This document shows positions 29,886 through 40,866 of a stretch of DNA of 64,000 nucleotides, one piece after another. The stretch comes from an uncultured Acidobacteriota bacterium. Its GTDB lineage: Bacteria > Acidobacteriota > Blastocatellia > RBC074. Below the pieces are notes generated by a model. The model did not search any database. It was not told the DNA's origin and saw only the letters and a list, made by a program, of their open reading frames with translations. Numbering within the stretch: the first letter of the stretch is position 1; each line of letters begins with the position of its first letter. The stretch is from positions 125,985 through 189,984 of the forward strand of contig CAWCGF010000003.1 of assembly GCA_963794955.1 (NCBI GenBank), read 5' to 3'. The translations under genes were made by a program, and so were the position numbers.

Positions 29886-30806
29886 ATGCAAAGCAAAAGG
29901 CAAAGAGCAAAAGGCAAGTATCAAAAGGGCGGAAGATTATTTTTCGTTTTTGTCGGATTGGTCTATTTTCTTGGAATGTTAGGCACCAATGCGTTTGCGC
30001 AGGCGGCGACTAACATCTCTTGGGTACCGGAAAAACTTATCAACGGCGCGCCTTGCGTGTTTCACCACAAGCCTGCTGCGGCGCTTAAGTCTTTGAGCGG
30101 AAGTTTTTTGGGGAGGCGCGTTTTTTTTAGCTTCGATCAGACGAATGGGATTTGGTACGCTTTGGCGGGCATTGATTATGATACGAAACCAGGCAATTAC
30201 GATTTAGCGCTCAACGGTGTTGCGGCAGATGGGCAGAAACTTTCCTTCGCGCAAAGCGTGCCGATTGCTAAAGGGTTTTACCGGACTTCGGCCTTGAGCG
30301 TGCCGAAAAAATATGTGGAGCCTGATCCGGCGGATGTCCCGCGCATTTTGCAGGAGCGCGATTTGAAAAATGAATTGTTCGGCAAAGTTTCTGCGACGCG
30401 GTTGTGGACAGGAAACTTTCTTACGCCTGCTGGCACGAACACTTCATCAGAATTCGGTTCGCAACGCACCTACAATGGCAAACGGCAAAGCGTGCATCAG
30501 GGGTTGGATTACAACGCCGCGACCGGCACGGCGATTCACGCGATCAATAGTGGCAAGGTGATTCTGGCGCGCGAGCTATATTTTGAAGGCAATTGCGTTG
30601 TCATAGATCACGGACAAGGTTTGCTTTCGCTGTACTTGCATCTGTCGCAATTCAAAGTTAAAGAAGGCGACACGGTGAACAAGCGCCAATTGATTGCGCT
30701 CAGCGGTAGCACCGGACGTGTCACTGGCCCGCATTTGCATTTAGCCGTGCGTTGGCAAGGAAGTTATGTGAATCCGGCCACCTTGTTGGGAATCAAACTG
30801 CCGTGA
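29886..30806 (+). CDS. M23 family metallopeptidase (LytM-like)
   Basis: The motif HQGLDYNA...GTAIHAINSG...GSTGRVTGPHLHLAV is present, with an N-terminal signal/TM segment. Confidence 0.8.
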   Translation: MQSKRQRAKGKYQKGGRLFFVFVGLVYFLGMLGTNAFAQAATNISWVPEKLINGAPCVFHHKPAAALKSLSGSFLGRRVFFSFDQTNGIWYALAGIDYDTKPGNYDLALNGVAADGQKLSFAQSVPIAKGFYRTSALSVPKKYVEPDPADVPRILQERDLKNELFGKVSATRLWTGNFLTPAGTNTSSEFGSQRTYNGKRQSVHQGLDYNAATGTAIHAINSGKVILARELYFEGNCVVIDHGQGLLSLYLHLSQFKVKEGDTVNKRQLIALSGSTGRVTGPHLHLAVRWQGSYVNPATLLGIKLP

Positions 30807-30813
30807 TGGGATT

Positions 30814-31302
30814 ATGCAAGTACGACTCGCCACAACCGATGATGCTGCCGCGATGGCCGACATTTACAATGAAGGCATCGCAGATCGCGTTGCTACGTTT
30901 GAGACGAAACCTAGAACGGAGGCAGAGGTGCGGGCGTGGTTTGATGGTGTGCATCCGCTGGTTGTAGTTGAAGACGCGAATCAGGTCATTGCCTTTGCCT
31001 CGACCTCGACATATCGCCCGCGTGGATGTTATGACGGCATCGCAGAAACTTCTGTTTATGTGGCGCGCGCTGCCAGAGGGCGCGGGGCAGGGAAGCTGGC
31101 GCTTCAGAAATTACTTGAACTTGCCGAAGAAGCTGGATACTGGAAATTGGTGTCCCGCATTTTTCCGGCGAACCAAAACAGCCGCAAGCTCGTTCGATCT
31201 CTTGGCTTTCGAGAAGTCGGAGTTTACGAGAAACACAGTCAATTAGACGGAATCTGGCGCGATGTCGTGATTGTCGAGCGACTGCTGCCAAAAAATCTGT
31301 AG
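30814..31302 (+). CDS. GNAT N-acetyltransferase (phosphinothricin-acetyltransferase-like)
   Basis: The sequence MQVRLATTDDAAAMADIYNEGIADRVATFETKPRT...ARGRGAGKLAL shows the PAT/GNAT acetyl-CoA binding motif. Confidence 0.8.
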   Translation: MQVRLATTDDAAAMADIYNEGIADRVATFETKPRTEAEVRAWFDGVHPLVVVEDANQVIAFASTSTYRPRGCYDGIAETSVYVARAARGRGAGKLALQKLLELAEEAGYWKLVSRIFPANQNSRKLVRSLGFREVGVYEKHSQLDGIWRDVVIVERLLPKNL

Positions 31303-31311
31303 CAAGAATCC

Positions 31312-32058
31312 ATGAGTTCAATACAACCCATAATACCTGCAAAAGATCGCATCGTTGTTGCCTTGGATGTTGAAACGTCGGCCCAGGCCCTGGCGTTAGT
31401 CGAAAAGCTGCGCGGACTGGTTGGCATGTTCAAGATCGGGAAGCAGCTTTTTACTGCCGCCGGGCCGGACATCGTGCGGCAAGTCGTCGGACTGGGCGAA
31501 AAAGTTTTTCTTGATCTCAAATTTCACGATATTCCGAATACAGTGGCAAGCGCAGGGGTGGAAGCGGCGCGGCTTGGCGTCAGTATTTTTAATGTACATG
31601 CACTGGGCGGATCGGCTATGATGCGGGCGACGGTTGATGCCATTAACGCTGCCGCAGAGCGCGAGAATTTAGCCAAGCCATTGATTTTAGCGGTCACGAT
31701 TTTGACAAGCCACGACCAGTTGTCCCTGCGCGAAATCGGTCTCGAACGATCCATCCAGGAACAGGTGCTTCGTTTGGCACAGCTTGCCGCTACTTCAGGA
31801 ATTAACGGCGTGGTTGCTTCGCCGCTGGAAATTGCGCCACTCCGAGCTACTCTTGAAAATCCGAATTTTGTGATTTTGACGCCAGGCGTACGGCCTACAG
31901 GCGCGGTGCTGAACGATCAGAAACGCGTGATGACGCCGGGCGATGCCGTCAAGGCGGGCGCAGATTATCTGGTGATCGGACGGCCTATCACGGGGGCGGA
32001 GAACCCGGTAGCCGCCGCGCAAAAAATTAGCGAAGAAATCGAACAAGCCGTCGCCTGA
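31312..32058 (+). CDS. pyrF: Orotidine 5'-phosphate decarboxylase
   Basis: IVVALDV...DLKFHDIPNTV...VIGRPI are conserved OMPdecase motifs. Confidence 0.9.
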   Translation: MSSIQPIIPAKDRIVVALDVETSAQALALVEKLRGLVGMFKIGKQLFTAAGPDIVRQVVGLGEKVFLDLKFHDIPNTVASAGVEAARLGVSIFNVHALGGSAMMRATVDAINAAAERENLAKPLILAVTILTSHDQLSLREIGLERSIQEQVLRLAQLAATSGINGVVASPLEIAPLRATLENPNFVILTPGVRPTGAVLNDQKRVMTPGDAVKAGADYLVIGRPITGAENPVAAAQKISEEIEQAVA

Positions 32059-32153
32059 TGCGTGTAAGAACGGCATCGGTCGTACGTGCGACTTTCAGCA
32101 GCCCTTAATGACGGTCGCGTAACTTCTGAAAATAAAGAGAAAGCACTAATCTC

Positions 32154-33782
32154 ATGATTGATAAAAAAGTTGTTCGCCTGGCTACGGGATTGCTGGTGCT
32201 CAGTTCGCTTAGTTGGATTTGTGCCACCCAGCCCAGCAAAACAGTTTTCGCCGCACTGTCCGCGCGTCCTGGCACACAACAGCCCACTGGCAAGTTAACG
32301 CCGCCGTCGAAAACAGAACCTGCCGTAACAACGGCAACTCCGCCGCTTTCCGCGCGTCCATTTCAAGTTGGCGAAAAATTGAGCTTCAATGTTTCCTGGG
32401 CCAACTTTGTTACTGCTGCTCGCCTGGAAATGGAAGTCACCGGGCAAGGCGCATTTTTCGGGCAGCAAGGCTATCAACTACGCACCCGGGTCGAAACCCT
32501 CGGTTATGTTCGTACGCTTTTCACCGAGGTTGATAACCAATACACGTCTTACATTGATGGCAAAACGATGTTGCCATATCGCGCCGACAATACCACTCGG
32601 CAAGGGAAAACCAACGAAGACCAGACCATCAGCCTTGACCAACAGCGGCGCATTGCGCGCTATGGCGACAGTTCTGAATTGGCGCTTTCGTCGGACACGT
32701 TTGATTTACCTTCGCTCGTCTATGCGCTGCGTTTAGGTGAACTGAAGGCGGAGAATAAACCGACGAAGTTTTCCGCTTTGTTTGGTAAGCATCTGGTAGA
32801 CATCGAGGCACAATTCAAAGCGCGTGAGCGTATCAATACACAAGCCGGAAGTTACGACACGATTCGCATTGATCTCAAAGCACGCACTAAAGACAAAACC
32901 GAATATAACGTGCGTGTCTGGTTTTCTGACGATAAGCAGCGTTTGCCAGTGTTGATGGTGTCCAAGCTGCCGTTCGGCGAAGTCCGCGCCGAGCTAGCGC
33001 AAGTTAGTATCAACACGCAGCCCAAAGTGAATATGGTTGCGGTGGTGAATGCGCCGCCGGAAATTGCTTCGACCGATCCGCGCATTGTCCTGGGCGCAGC
33101 GGAGGACACGCTATCTGCCTTTGAGAACAGGCTGCCATTTACCGTCGGCGAACGGCTGAACTACGACGTTTCGTGGCTCAACCTGGGTTCGATTGGGAAG
33201 GTTAATCTGGCGATTCAGCGGCGCGGGAGTTTGGATAACAAAACAGTATTTGAAATGGTGGGAGAGCTTTCAACCTTTGGGGCAGCGCGCTCAATCATTG
33301 ATTTGGATGATGCCTTCAAAAGTTATGCGCACGTTAATTCTTTAGTGCCGGTCAAGACCGAAACCAACATTCAGGAAGGGAAGCGCCGCAAACACATCAT
33401 TGCGACGTACAAGGACAATTCCGTGCGATTGGATAACGGCACACATTTCAATGTGCAGCCTGGCACGTTGGATTTGGTGTCGCTGTTTTATTCGGTGCGT
33501 GCGGCGCAGTTGAAAGTCGGCTTCAATCAAACATTTTATTTTGTGGATGCGAATCACCGTCCCCGCGCGTTGACCATCAAAGGCATCAAACAAGAAAGCA
33601 TCAATAGCGCAATTGGAGCACGCGATACGTTGCAACTGGATATTGTCAGTCAGGAAAATAATCAACTGATCGCGCAGGCATGGGTCACAAACGATGCGCG
33701 TCACCTGCCACTTTATATTGTTGTTCGCCTCAGCTTTGGCGAAATCCGCTTACATCTCAAAAACGCCGTTAACGGCAAGTAA
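32154..33782 (+). CDS. Secreted protein with two DUF3108-like domains
   Basis: A signal peptide is followed by two repeated ~230-aa regions with the DUF3108-like pattern (FQVGEKLSFNVSW... / FTVGERLNYDVSW...). The C-terminus ends ...GEIRLHLKNAV. Confidence 0.6.
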   Translation: MIDKKVVRLATGLLVLSSLSWICATQPSKTVFAALSARPGTQQPTGKLTPPSKTEPAVTTATPPLSARPFQVGEKLSFNVSWANFVTAARLEMEVTGQGAFFGQQGYQLRTRVETLGYVRTLFTEVDNQYTSYIDGKTMLPYRADNTTRQGKTNEDQTISLDQQRRIARYGDSSELALSSDTFDLPSLVYALRLGELKAENKPTKFSALFGKHLVDIEAQFKARERINTQAGSYDTIRIDLKARTKDKTEYNVRVWFSDDKQRLPVLMVSKLPFGEVRAELAQVSINTQPKVNMVAVVNAPPEIASTDPRIVLGAAEDTLSAFENRLPFTVGERLNYDVSWLNLGSIGKVNLAIQRRGSLDNKTVFEMVGELSTFGAARSIIDLDDAFKSYAHVNSLVPVKTETNIQEGKRRKHIIATYKDNSVRLDNGTHFNVQPGTLDLVSLFYSVRAAQLKVGFNQTFYFVDANHRPRALTIKGIKQESINSAIGARDTLQLDIVSQENNQLIAQAWVTNDARHLPLYIVVRLSFGEIRLHLKNAVNGK

Positions 33783-34096
33783 AAAAAGAGAGGACAAAAT
33801 AACACGATGGAATTACTTCTTCGTGTCAGCTTGTCCCCTCTTTTCGGACACGCAGGGGAGCGTAAGGGATAATTGCATTACTACCGCCAGCACCGGAATA
33901 ATTGTTGCGCAAGCATTGGATCACATAATGCTTAAAGCTCGCGCTATCATGGGCGGTGGGCTTTTGTCGTAGTAGTTTCTTCTCTGTCGGTTATGTTACA
34001 AGACGGCTGCCGGCGGTCTTCCCTGTACGGGTATGGTGATGAATAGTAACTGCACTGTCACTATAAACATTTTGTTTTTTTCGTCAAGCCCCAAAA

Positions 34097-34180
34097 TGTA
34101 TAGCAAACTTTCCAGTTTGCTGCCAATTCCCGCCGCAGCTCGCTGATAAACACATCAGCAAACTGGAAGTTTGCTGTACA
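34097..34180. repeat. 84-bp palindromic element: two GCAAACT-N(3-4)-AGTTTGC palindromes with outward TGTA(C/T)A extensions, 86 bp upstream of the M28 peptidase start
   Basis: The left site is tgtatAGCAAACTttccAGTTTGCTg and the right site is cAGCAAACTggaAGTTTGCTgtaca. A second 84-bp copy with the same architecture lies at 61155-61238, and a related inverted pair at 35983-36118. Confidence 0.6.
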
Positions 34181-34265
34181 TTTCAGAAGTTTGACTTGCT
34201 CATCTCTATCTGTCAGAGGCATACTCCGTTTTCTCTTATCTTTTATAATTTACCCGGAGAAACCT

Positions 34266-35987
34266 ATGCAGAAACGACTTGTTTTGCTCTTCCTTGCTTT
34301 TACTTCTTTGTTGCAGGCTTGTAGTCCGCCGCCACAGACTGCAACAACCAGTCCTACGCCCGCTCCCCTACCAATGGCCAACATGCCGGCTGAACTCAAG
34401 CCTGCGCTTGATAGCCTCAGCGCGGACGAGCTGCTGCAACATATCAAGACACTGGCGTCGGACGAATACGAAGGTCGCGCACCGGGTACGAAAGGCGAAG
34501 AGCTAACGGCCAATTACCTCACTGAACAATTCAAGCAGCTTGGCCTCAAGCCTGGTAATCCTGATGGCACGTACATTCAGAAAGTCCCGCTCGTTGGTTA
34601 CACGCCGGAACCCTCAGTCTCCTTCAACGTCGGCGGCAAGAAGTTGGATTTAGCGACGGAAGAGTATTTGATGATTGCTGGTCGTTACGTCCCGATGACC
34701 AAGATTGACAGCTCGGATGTTGTGTTCGTCGGCTATGGTGTCGTCGCGCCGGAATATGGTTGGGACGATTTCAAGGATGTGAACGTCAAAGGCAAAACGA
34801 TTGTGATGTTGGTCAACGACCCCCAGGTTCCTGATCCGGGCGATGCGAAAAAACTGGATGACAAACTCTTCAAGGGCAAAGCGATGACGTATTACGGACG
34901 CTGGACGTACAAATACGAAATTGCGGCGGAGAAAGGCGCGGCGGCAGCGATCATAGTGCATGAAACCGCGACCGCAGGCTACCCGTTTGAAGCGTTGCAA
35001 AGCATTCGACAGGAAAACTTTGGCCTCAAAGGATCGCGACAAAATCGTGCCGCTGTCGAATCGTGGATCACGGTAGATGCCGCGAAAAAGCTGTTTGCTT
35101 CCGCCGGGCAAGACTACGATGCATTGAAAAAGGCGGCGCTCAGCAAAGACTTCAAACCCGTCACGCTCAATGCCAAAGCCAACTTCCAAATCAAAACCAC
35201 GCTGCGCGAAGTAGATTCCAAAAACGTCATCGCCAAGCTCGAAGGCTCTGATCCGAAGCTCAAAGACGAATACGTGATTTACACCGCGCATTGGGATCAC
35301 ATGGGACGCAACGAAAAGTTGTCGGGCGATCAAATCTTCAATGGCGCGATTGATAACGCGTCAGGTGTGGCCTGTTTGCTCGAATGGGCAAAGGCGTTCA
35401 CGAAACTCCCGACGCCGCCGCAGCGTTCGATTCTGTTTTTGGCTGTGACCGCCGAAGAGAAAGGCTTGCTCGGTGCCAAGTATTACGCCGAACATCCGTT
35501 GTATCCGCTCGACAAAACGCTGGCGAACATCAATATGGATGGCATCAATCAATGGGGGCGCACGAAAGACATCACGGTCGTCGGGCTAGGCAATTCGACG
35601 CTGGACGATGTGTTAGCCGAAGCCTGTAAGACGCAAAATCGCGTTATCGTGCCTGATTCTGAACCGGAGAAAGGCTACTTCTATCGCTCGGATCATTTTG
35701 AATTCGCCAAGCAAGGCGTGCCTGCGCTCGACCCGGATGGCGGGAATGATTACATTGGCAAGCCCGCGGACTACGGCCAGAAGACGCGGGATGAATACAC
35801 CGAAAAGGACTACCACAAGGTTTCTGATGAAGTGAAACCAAATTGGGATTTGTCAGGCGCAGTCGAGGATTTGCAATTGCTGCTGCTGGTCGGCTACAAC
35901 GTTGCCAACGGCAACAAATGGCCGGAATGGAAACCCGGCACTGAATTCAAAGCCAAACGCGAAGCGATGCTGAAGAAAGTAAAGTAA
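34266..35987 (+). CDS. M28 family peptidase (aminopeptidase with PA domain), lipoprotein
   Basis: The lipoprotein signal is [13 protein letters not shown]. The M28 zinc-ligand regions are HWDHMG, DNASG, EE and DG. The start at MQKRLVLLF was chosen inside the longer ORF. Confidence 0.8.
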   Translation: MQKRLVLLFLAFTSLLQACSPPPQTATTSPTPAPLPMANMPAELKPALDSLSADELLQHIKTLASDEYEGRAPGTKGEELTANYLTEQFKQLGLKPGNPDGTYIQKVPLVGYTPEPSVSFNVGGKKLDLATEEYLMIAGRYVPMTKIDSSDVVFVGYGVVAPEYGWDDFKDVNVKGKTIVMLVNDPQVPDPGDAKKLDDKLFKGKAMTYYGRWTYKYEIAAEKGAAAAIIVHETATAGYPFEALQSIRQENFGLKGSRQNRAAVESWITVDAAKKLFASAGQDYDALKKAALSKDFKPVTLNAKANFQIKTTLREVDSKNVIAKLEGSDPKLKDEYVIYTAHWDHMGRNEKLSGDQIFNGAIDNASGVACLLEWAKAFTKLPTPPQRSILFLAVTAEEKGLLGAKYYAEHPLYPLDKTLANINMDGINQWGRTKDITVVGLGNSTLDDVLAEACKTQNRVIVPDSEPEKGYFYRSDHFEFAKQGVPALDPDGGNDYIGKPADYGQKTRDEYTEKDYHKVSDEVKPNWDLSGAVEDLQLLLLVGYNVANGNKWPEWKPGTEFKAKREAMLKKVK

Positions 35988-36118
35988 CGCAAACTTGTCA
36001 GTTTGCATGGCCTCATAGACCGTCACTTTTGTCCTAACCGATTCGCCTCCAGAAGAGGCTTTCGGTTTTTCATGAGGATTGGGCCCATCAGCCATGCAAG
36101 CTGACAAATTGCGTTACG
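35983..36118. repeat. ~135-bp inverted repeat between convergent genes (arms GTAACGCAAACTTGTCAGTTTGCATGGC and its complement), sharing the GCAAACT-N4-AGTTTGC core
   Basis: Each arm is itself palindromic, and the spacer also contains the palindrome GCCTCcagaaGAGGC. The position suggests a bidirectional terminator-like structure. Confidence 0.55.
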
Positions 36119-36121
36119 TGC

Positions 36122-39100
36122 CTAGAACCTCGTCCCCCTTGGCTGCGCCAGCATTACTTGCGTGGTGCCGCCTGTTTCATCTGCCCACATGGTAGCCAGA
36201 TTTCCATTCCAATCTGTCACTGTAATAGCGAAGAAAAGCTGCACGCCAATGTTGTTCGAGGCATTGATGAACGACGAGAAATTCGCGCCGCCATCGGATG
36301 ACGTAACAAAGATTACGTCTCGGCCTCCCGGAAAGATTAACCCTGGGCCTAAGCCACCCGCAGAAATCCCAATGTTGCCTCGGCGATCAACGCCGATGTT
36401 CGGCACGAAAGAACGGGTGCCAAGCGCCATCGTGCGGGTGACATTGCGGGCCGCAGAAAAGCTCGTGCCATTGTTGGTCGAACGGGAGAAGTAGATTTCC
36501 TGTTCATTGCGGGTGAGGTCGCGGCGCGAGAATGCGACGTTGATATTCCCCGCGCCATCTATCGCCAGGGAAGGGCTGTCGGCTACCACGTTCGTTGAAG
36601 TACTCAAAATGCCGGAGAGATTCAAGGGGGTCGAGAAGGTCGTTCCGTTGGTTGAGCGAGTAAAGAAAATATCTCTTTGCCCCGAACTATTAAACCCATC
36701 GAAGGCAATGCTGACGGCTCCGGCGGTATCAACCGCGATGCTCGGATTAATTCCTTGAATCGTGGTAGGTGATTTTGACGTGACATTGATGGGTGCCGAA
36801 ATAGTGGCTCCGCCGTCGGTTGAGCGCAGAAAGAAGACTTGCGCCCCGGTCTCGACAGCCACGTTAATTGAACCATTCCTGCTGACAGCCAAATCATTGC
36901 TGATGAAGGCCACGCTGGTACTCGTATTTCGGGTCACGTTAATTGCTGCCGAAAAAGTTTGCCCACCATCGGTGGAGCGCCTCATAAAGATATTCTCCGG
37001 CACACCTGCCTCGCCCCAGCGAATCCAACTGATAGTGATATTTCCCGTGTCGTCCACGCCGATGCGGGCATCTTCTAATCTAATGTTAGGATTGCTTACG
37101 CTGGCAATCGGCGTCGTTTGCACCACGGAGCCCTTGCGGAAGCGGGTGTAGACCAAACCGCCGAAGGTGCCAAGCCCCCGCCGCGTATCAACTCCCGTCA
37201 CTACGTGCAAATCGTTTTGCGCGTCAGGTGCAGCATCAGGAACGTAGTGCGATTCGCGCAAACTGGTGAGCGCTTGCGGCGCTTGTGCGAGTTCAAAAGG
37301 TGAAGACACATTCAACCGGATAGTCGTCCAATGCTCGACTCCCCCGATGGTCACTTTGGCGGTAATTGGGTAGGTGCCTGGCGCTGTATTGCTATTGGCT
37401 GTCACCCGCAGATTCAGCGTTTGCGCATCCGTCCGACTAAAGCTGTAACTTAACCCTTCCGTGCCCTCAACCGTGGAGACGGCTGCCGCCGTAGGATTGG
37501 CAGGCAAGGCGAACGCGCTATCGAACGCATCTATTTTCAGATGAAAGTCCGTAGCAAATCCGGCCTGTACGTTTTGTGCCGGTTCGAGCGGGAACAGGTT
37601 GAATTCTTCGTTGTTCGTGGCGGCATCTTCCGGTTTGATGATATGTGCGTAGACATCCGGGTTGAGGCCATTGCGTTCATCGCCCCAGCCCAGCACAAAA
37701 CCATTATCGCCCGCGACGATTTGGTTGTAATCGCCGTGATAGCCGGCACGCGTGCCAAACGGCGTGGGGGCCAACAGCCAATTGCCAGGCGTAATGCGAT
37801 GCCCTGGCGTGAAGCTACGCCCACCATCGTTCGAGGTGGTGATGTAAATGTCGTGCAGCACGTTGTTGATGGGGTCGTTGCGGCGATCATAGTACATCAC
37901 GCCCAGCACACCATTCGACGTCACCGCTGCGGCAGGCATAAATTGATCGGTATCGAACGGATCATCTGCCGCAATAACGGGGGCGCTCCACGTCGCGCCG
38001 CCGTTGGTGGAGCGGACGACGACAACATCACTTTCATCGCGGCGCGCCACCAACGCGGTCGGCTTGACGTCGGTCGTGATGTACACCGTCCCGCGATATG
38101 GGCTATTGGAGGTGTCCACCGTAATGCTGGGGAAGGGGGGTAATTCAAAACTGCCGTTGTAATGTCGCCCAAAGCGCAGTGAATCATCCCTCAGTGCGGT
38201 CACAGGCGCGCTGAAAGTTTCTCCGCCATCCATGGACTTGATGACTGCGAGTCCTGGAATGCGACTGTCGAAATAGGTGACATAAAGTTCCCCATTCGGC
38301 CCCACTGCGGGCATCGAGCCTTGCGTGAATCCCGCCGCACTGTGCGCCACGCCAATCGCTTTAGGGGTGGCCCAGTTCTTCCCGCCATCCGTAGATTTGA
38401 CAAAGTAAAGACTGGGTGTGACCTGATTGGAAAAGCGCGTCCAGGTGATGTAAATGCTGCCGCGAGCTGGGCTGTTGGAGTTGTCAACGGTCATCCATGG
38501 TTTGTCGTGACTGTTGCTGGGATTCGTGATGGTAGGAATCGCATTCACAGGCGTTGACCAGCGCGAACCGCCATCGGTAGATTTAGTGACCGCCAGGAAC
38601 CAGTTCCCCAAACTATTGAAGCCCATTTGGAGAAAGTAAAACACGCCGCCCGGGCCAGCCGCCATCACTGGATCGCCAATCCCACTGCCAAAGGCTGCGA
38701 TGGGCGGTACGGTTTGCTTCCAGGTTTTGCCGCCGTCCTTGGAATAACTGATACCCGATCCATAACCAGCGATGCTTGCATCGTTGTACCCGACCACGAT
38801 GTTATTGCCTGCCGCCGCCACGCTCACCTCGCTCTGCAAGCCGGAACGAAGGTCAAAATCAGGATCATTGACTTGTACATTGCCGCTGCCTAAAACTCGT
38901 TCTGGTGCCGCTTCGAGTTTGGCTTTAGCCCCTTCCCGGTCATCTGTGGCTGCTTCTGCTCGGGCGGCTGACGAACTGCCTTTGGTGAAGAGGATGTCTT
39001 CCGTCAAGCCATACTTCCGTAACAGCATGGATTGTGCGTTGCCCGAAAGCTGATCAAAGGCTGGATCGTAGAGCAACCACAGATCACCGTCATTGCCATA

Positions 39101-39292
39101 GCCGGATTGCAGTGCCGGCACATCCTCGGCATTCGTGGTGCGCAGTAAATTGTTTGCATATTGGAGTGCCCTTTTCTGCACGGGCGTTGGTTCATCCGCT
39201 TGCCCATAGGCCACATTCGTGGCAACGGGCAAACTTAAGATGGGCGCGATAATCAATAGGTAGCTGAGTAAATAACGAGAGATCGTTTTCAT
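36122..39292 (-). CDS. Large secreted BNR/Asp-box repeat protein (sialidase/sortilin-like beta-propellers)
   Basis: A signal peptide is followed by at least 9 Asp-box motifs (S-x-D-x-G-x-T-W/F), for example YSKDGGKTW, STDGGSRWS, STDGGKNWA, SMDGGETFS, STNGGATWS, SNDGGRSFT, STDGGQTFS, STDGGATIS and SSDGGANFS. Confidence 0.8.
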   Translation of the reverse strand: MKTISRYLLSYLLIIAPILSLPVATNVAYGQADEPTPVQKRALQYANNLLRTTNAEDVPALQSGYGNDGDLWLLYDPAFDQLSGNAQSMLLRKYGLTEDILFTKGSSSAARAEAATDDREGAKAKLEAAPERVLGSGNVQVNDPDFDLRSGLQSEVSVAAAGNNIVVGYNDASIAGYGSGISYSKDGGKTWKQTVPPIAAFGSGIGDPVMAAGPGGVFYFLQMGFNSLGNWFLAVTKSTDGGSRWSTPVNAIPTITNPSNSHDKPWMTVDNSNSPARGSIYITWTRFSNQVTPSLYFVKSTDGGKNWATPKAIGVAHSAAGFTQGSMPAVGPNGELYVTYFDSRIPGLAVIKSMDGGETFSAPVTALRDDSLRFGRHYNGSFELPPFPSITVDTSNSPYRGTVYITTDVKPTALVARRDESDVVVVRSTNGGATWSAPVIAADDPFDTDQFMPAAAVTSNGVLGVMYYDRRNDPINNVLHDIYITTSNDGGRSFTPGHRITPGNWLLAPTPFGTRAGYHGDYNQIVAGDNGFVLGWGDERNGLNPDVYAHIIKPEDAATNNEEFNLFPLEPAQNVQAGFATDFHLKIDAFDSAFALPANPTAAAVSTVEGTEGLSYSFSRTDAQTLNLRVTANSNTAPGTYPITAKVTIGGVEHWTTIRLNVSSPFELAQAPQALTSLRESHYVPDAAPDAQNDLHVVTGVDTRRGLGTFGGLVYTRFRKGSVVQTTPIASVSNPNIRLEDARIGVDDTGNITISWIRWGEAGVPENIFMRRSTDGGQTFSAAINVTRNTSTSVAFISNDLAVSRNGSINVAVETGAQVFFLRSTDGGATISAPINVTSKSPTTIQGINPSIAVDTAGAVSIAFDGFNSSGQRDIFFTRSTNGTTFSTPLNLSGILSTSTNVVADSPSLAIDGAGNINVAFSRRDLTRNEQEIYFSRSTNNGTSFSAARNVTRTMALGTRSFVPNIGVDRRGNIGISAGGLGPGLIFPGGRDVIFVTSSDGGANFSSFINASNNIGVQLFFAITVTDWNGNLATMWADETGGTTQVMLAQPRGTRF

Positions 39293-39735
39293 ATTTGACT
39301 CCTTCATTAAGATGGAAACGCAACTGGAATTTTGCGCTTCGAGAATTGCGGTGCGAGATCGCTGCCGGATGATCTCTTGCGAATGGAACGCAGGCACGAT
39401 TTGCTTGCGTTGGCTGAAAGCACACGGTGTGAGTTATGGCTGAAGCGCATCGCCTATCAACAGCACGACGAGTTCGGCTGTCGGATGAGACCAATACCCA
39501 CAGGAATGCAAGTACAACTCTTTTGATGAGGATGTCGTGAGGGGAGGAACCACTTGCATTGATTGCGCCAGGCACAGCCAAAATCCAGCGGGCGATTTTC
39601 GCCGGTAGACTTTCAATGCCACGATAGTTGTGGCCACAAACTCTCGTTGTTCCTGAAATAACACGGTCGGCTGACGCGCGTATAATAGTCCCGCGCTAAC
39701 CACAATTCAAGGGAGGGCTGAGACGAATTGACAGG

Positions 39736-40866
39736 TTATTTGATAGTCAGTGTTTCACGCGCTTGCCGCACCAGACGTTCGGCTTCTGCTGCACTTGTGG
39801 CCAAGGCCGTGAGGTGTCCCATCTTCCGGCCTTTGCGCGGTGCAAGCTTGCCGTAAAGATGAACTTTGACGTTGGGAAACGCACAGGCTGCGGCCCAATT
39901 CGGTTCGCCCGCCTGCCACAAATCGCCCAGTAAATTTGCCATCGCTGCGGGGCACAATAATTCTGTCGAGCCAAGTGGCAAGCCGCATACTGCCCGCAGT
40001 TGTTGCTCGAATTGACTTGTCACGCAAGCATCAAAGGTGAAATGACCGGAATTATGTGGACGGGGCGCGGTTTCGTTGATGATCAATTGGCCTTCGCGCG
40101 TGAGGAAGAATTCAACGCACATCACGCCGACGACGTCCAACGCTTCCAGCACGCCGCGCGTAATCTCTACGGCTTCTTTCACTACTTCTGGCGCAATCGG
40201 AGCAGGCGCAACCGTAACGTCGAGGATGTGATTGGAATGCTCATTGGCGACTACGCCATAATGCACGAACGCCCCGTCTATACTCCGCGCGGCGACAACG
40301 GAGACTTCGCGCTCAAAATTGATAAAGGCTTCAAGAACGGCTTCGTGGTTGCCGACCGCATTGAGAGCCTCCTGCGCTTGTGCGGGCGAGGTGATTTTAC
40401 TTTGGCCTTTGCCATCATAACCAAAGCCCGCTGTTTTCAGCACCGCCGGGCAGCCGATTTCTTCCAGCGCTACGAGCAAGTCTTCTAACGAATTGATGCG
40501 TTTGAAAGGCGCTACGGGAAAGCCGTTGTTGGCCAGGAAGGTCTTTTCGCGCAGCCGATGTTGCGCGGTGTGCAAAACGTGACCGCCCGGACGGACGGGC
40601 GCAAATTCAGAAGCCGCTTCGACCGCAGCAGAGGACACGTTTTCAAACTCAAACGTGACGACGCTGACGTTGCGGGCAAACGCGCGCACCGCGTCCAGAT
40701 CATCGTACGAAGCAATAATTTCTTCGTCGGCAATTTGCCCGGTCGGCGTGTCCTGATCGGGCGAAAATGTATGCACGCGATAGCCCATGCGTCGCGCTGC
40801 AATAGCAAACATGCGACCGAGTTGGCCGCTCCCAAGAACGCCGATAGTGGAGCCGGGAAGAATCAT
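39736..40866 (-). CDS. purK: N5-carboxyaminoimidazole ribonucleotide synthase
   Basis: An ATP-grasp fold is present, with an N-terminal GSGQLGRM and motifs conserved across PurK. Confidence 0.9.
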   Translation of the reverse strand: MILPGSTIGVLGSGQLGRMFAIAARRMGYRVHTFSPDQDTPTGQIADEEIIASYDDLDAVRAFARNVSVVTFEFENVSSAAVEAASEFAPVRPGGHVLHTAQHRLREKTFLANNGFPVAPFKRINSLEDLLVALEEIGCPAVLKTAGFGYDGKGQSKITSPAQAQEALNAVGNHEAVLEAFINFEREVSVVAARSIDGAFVHYGVVANEHSNHILDVTVAPAPIAPEVVKEAVEITRGVLEALDVVGVMCVEFFLTREGQLIINETAPRPHNSGHFTFDACVTSQFEQQLRAVCGLPLGSTELLCPAAMANLLGDLWQAGEPNWAAACAFPNVKVHLYGKLAPRKGRKMGHLTALATSAAEAERLVRQARETLTIK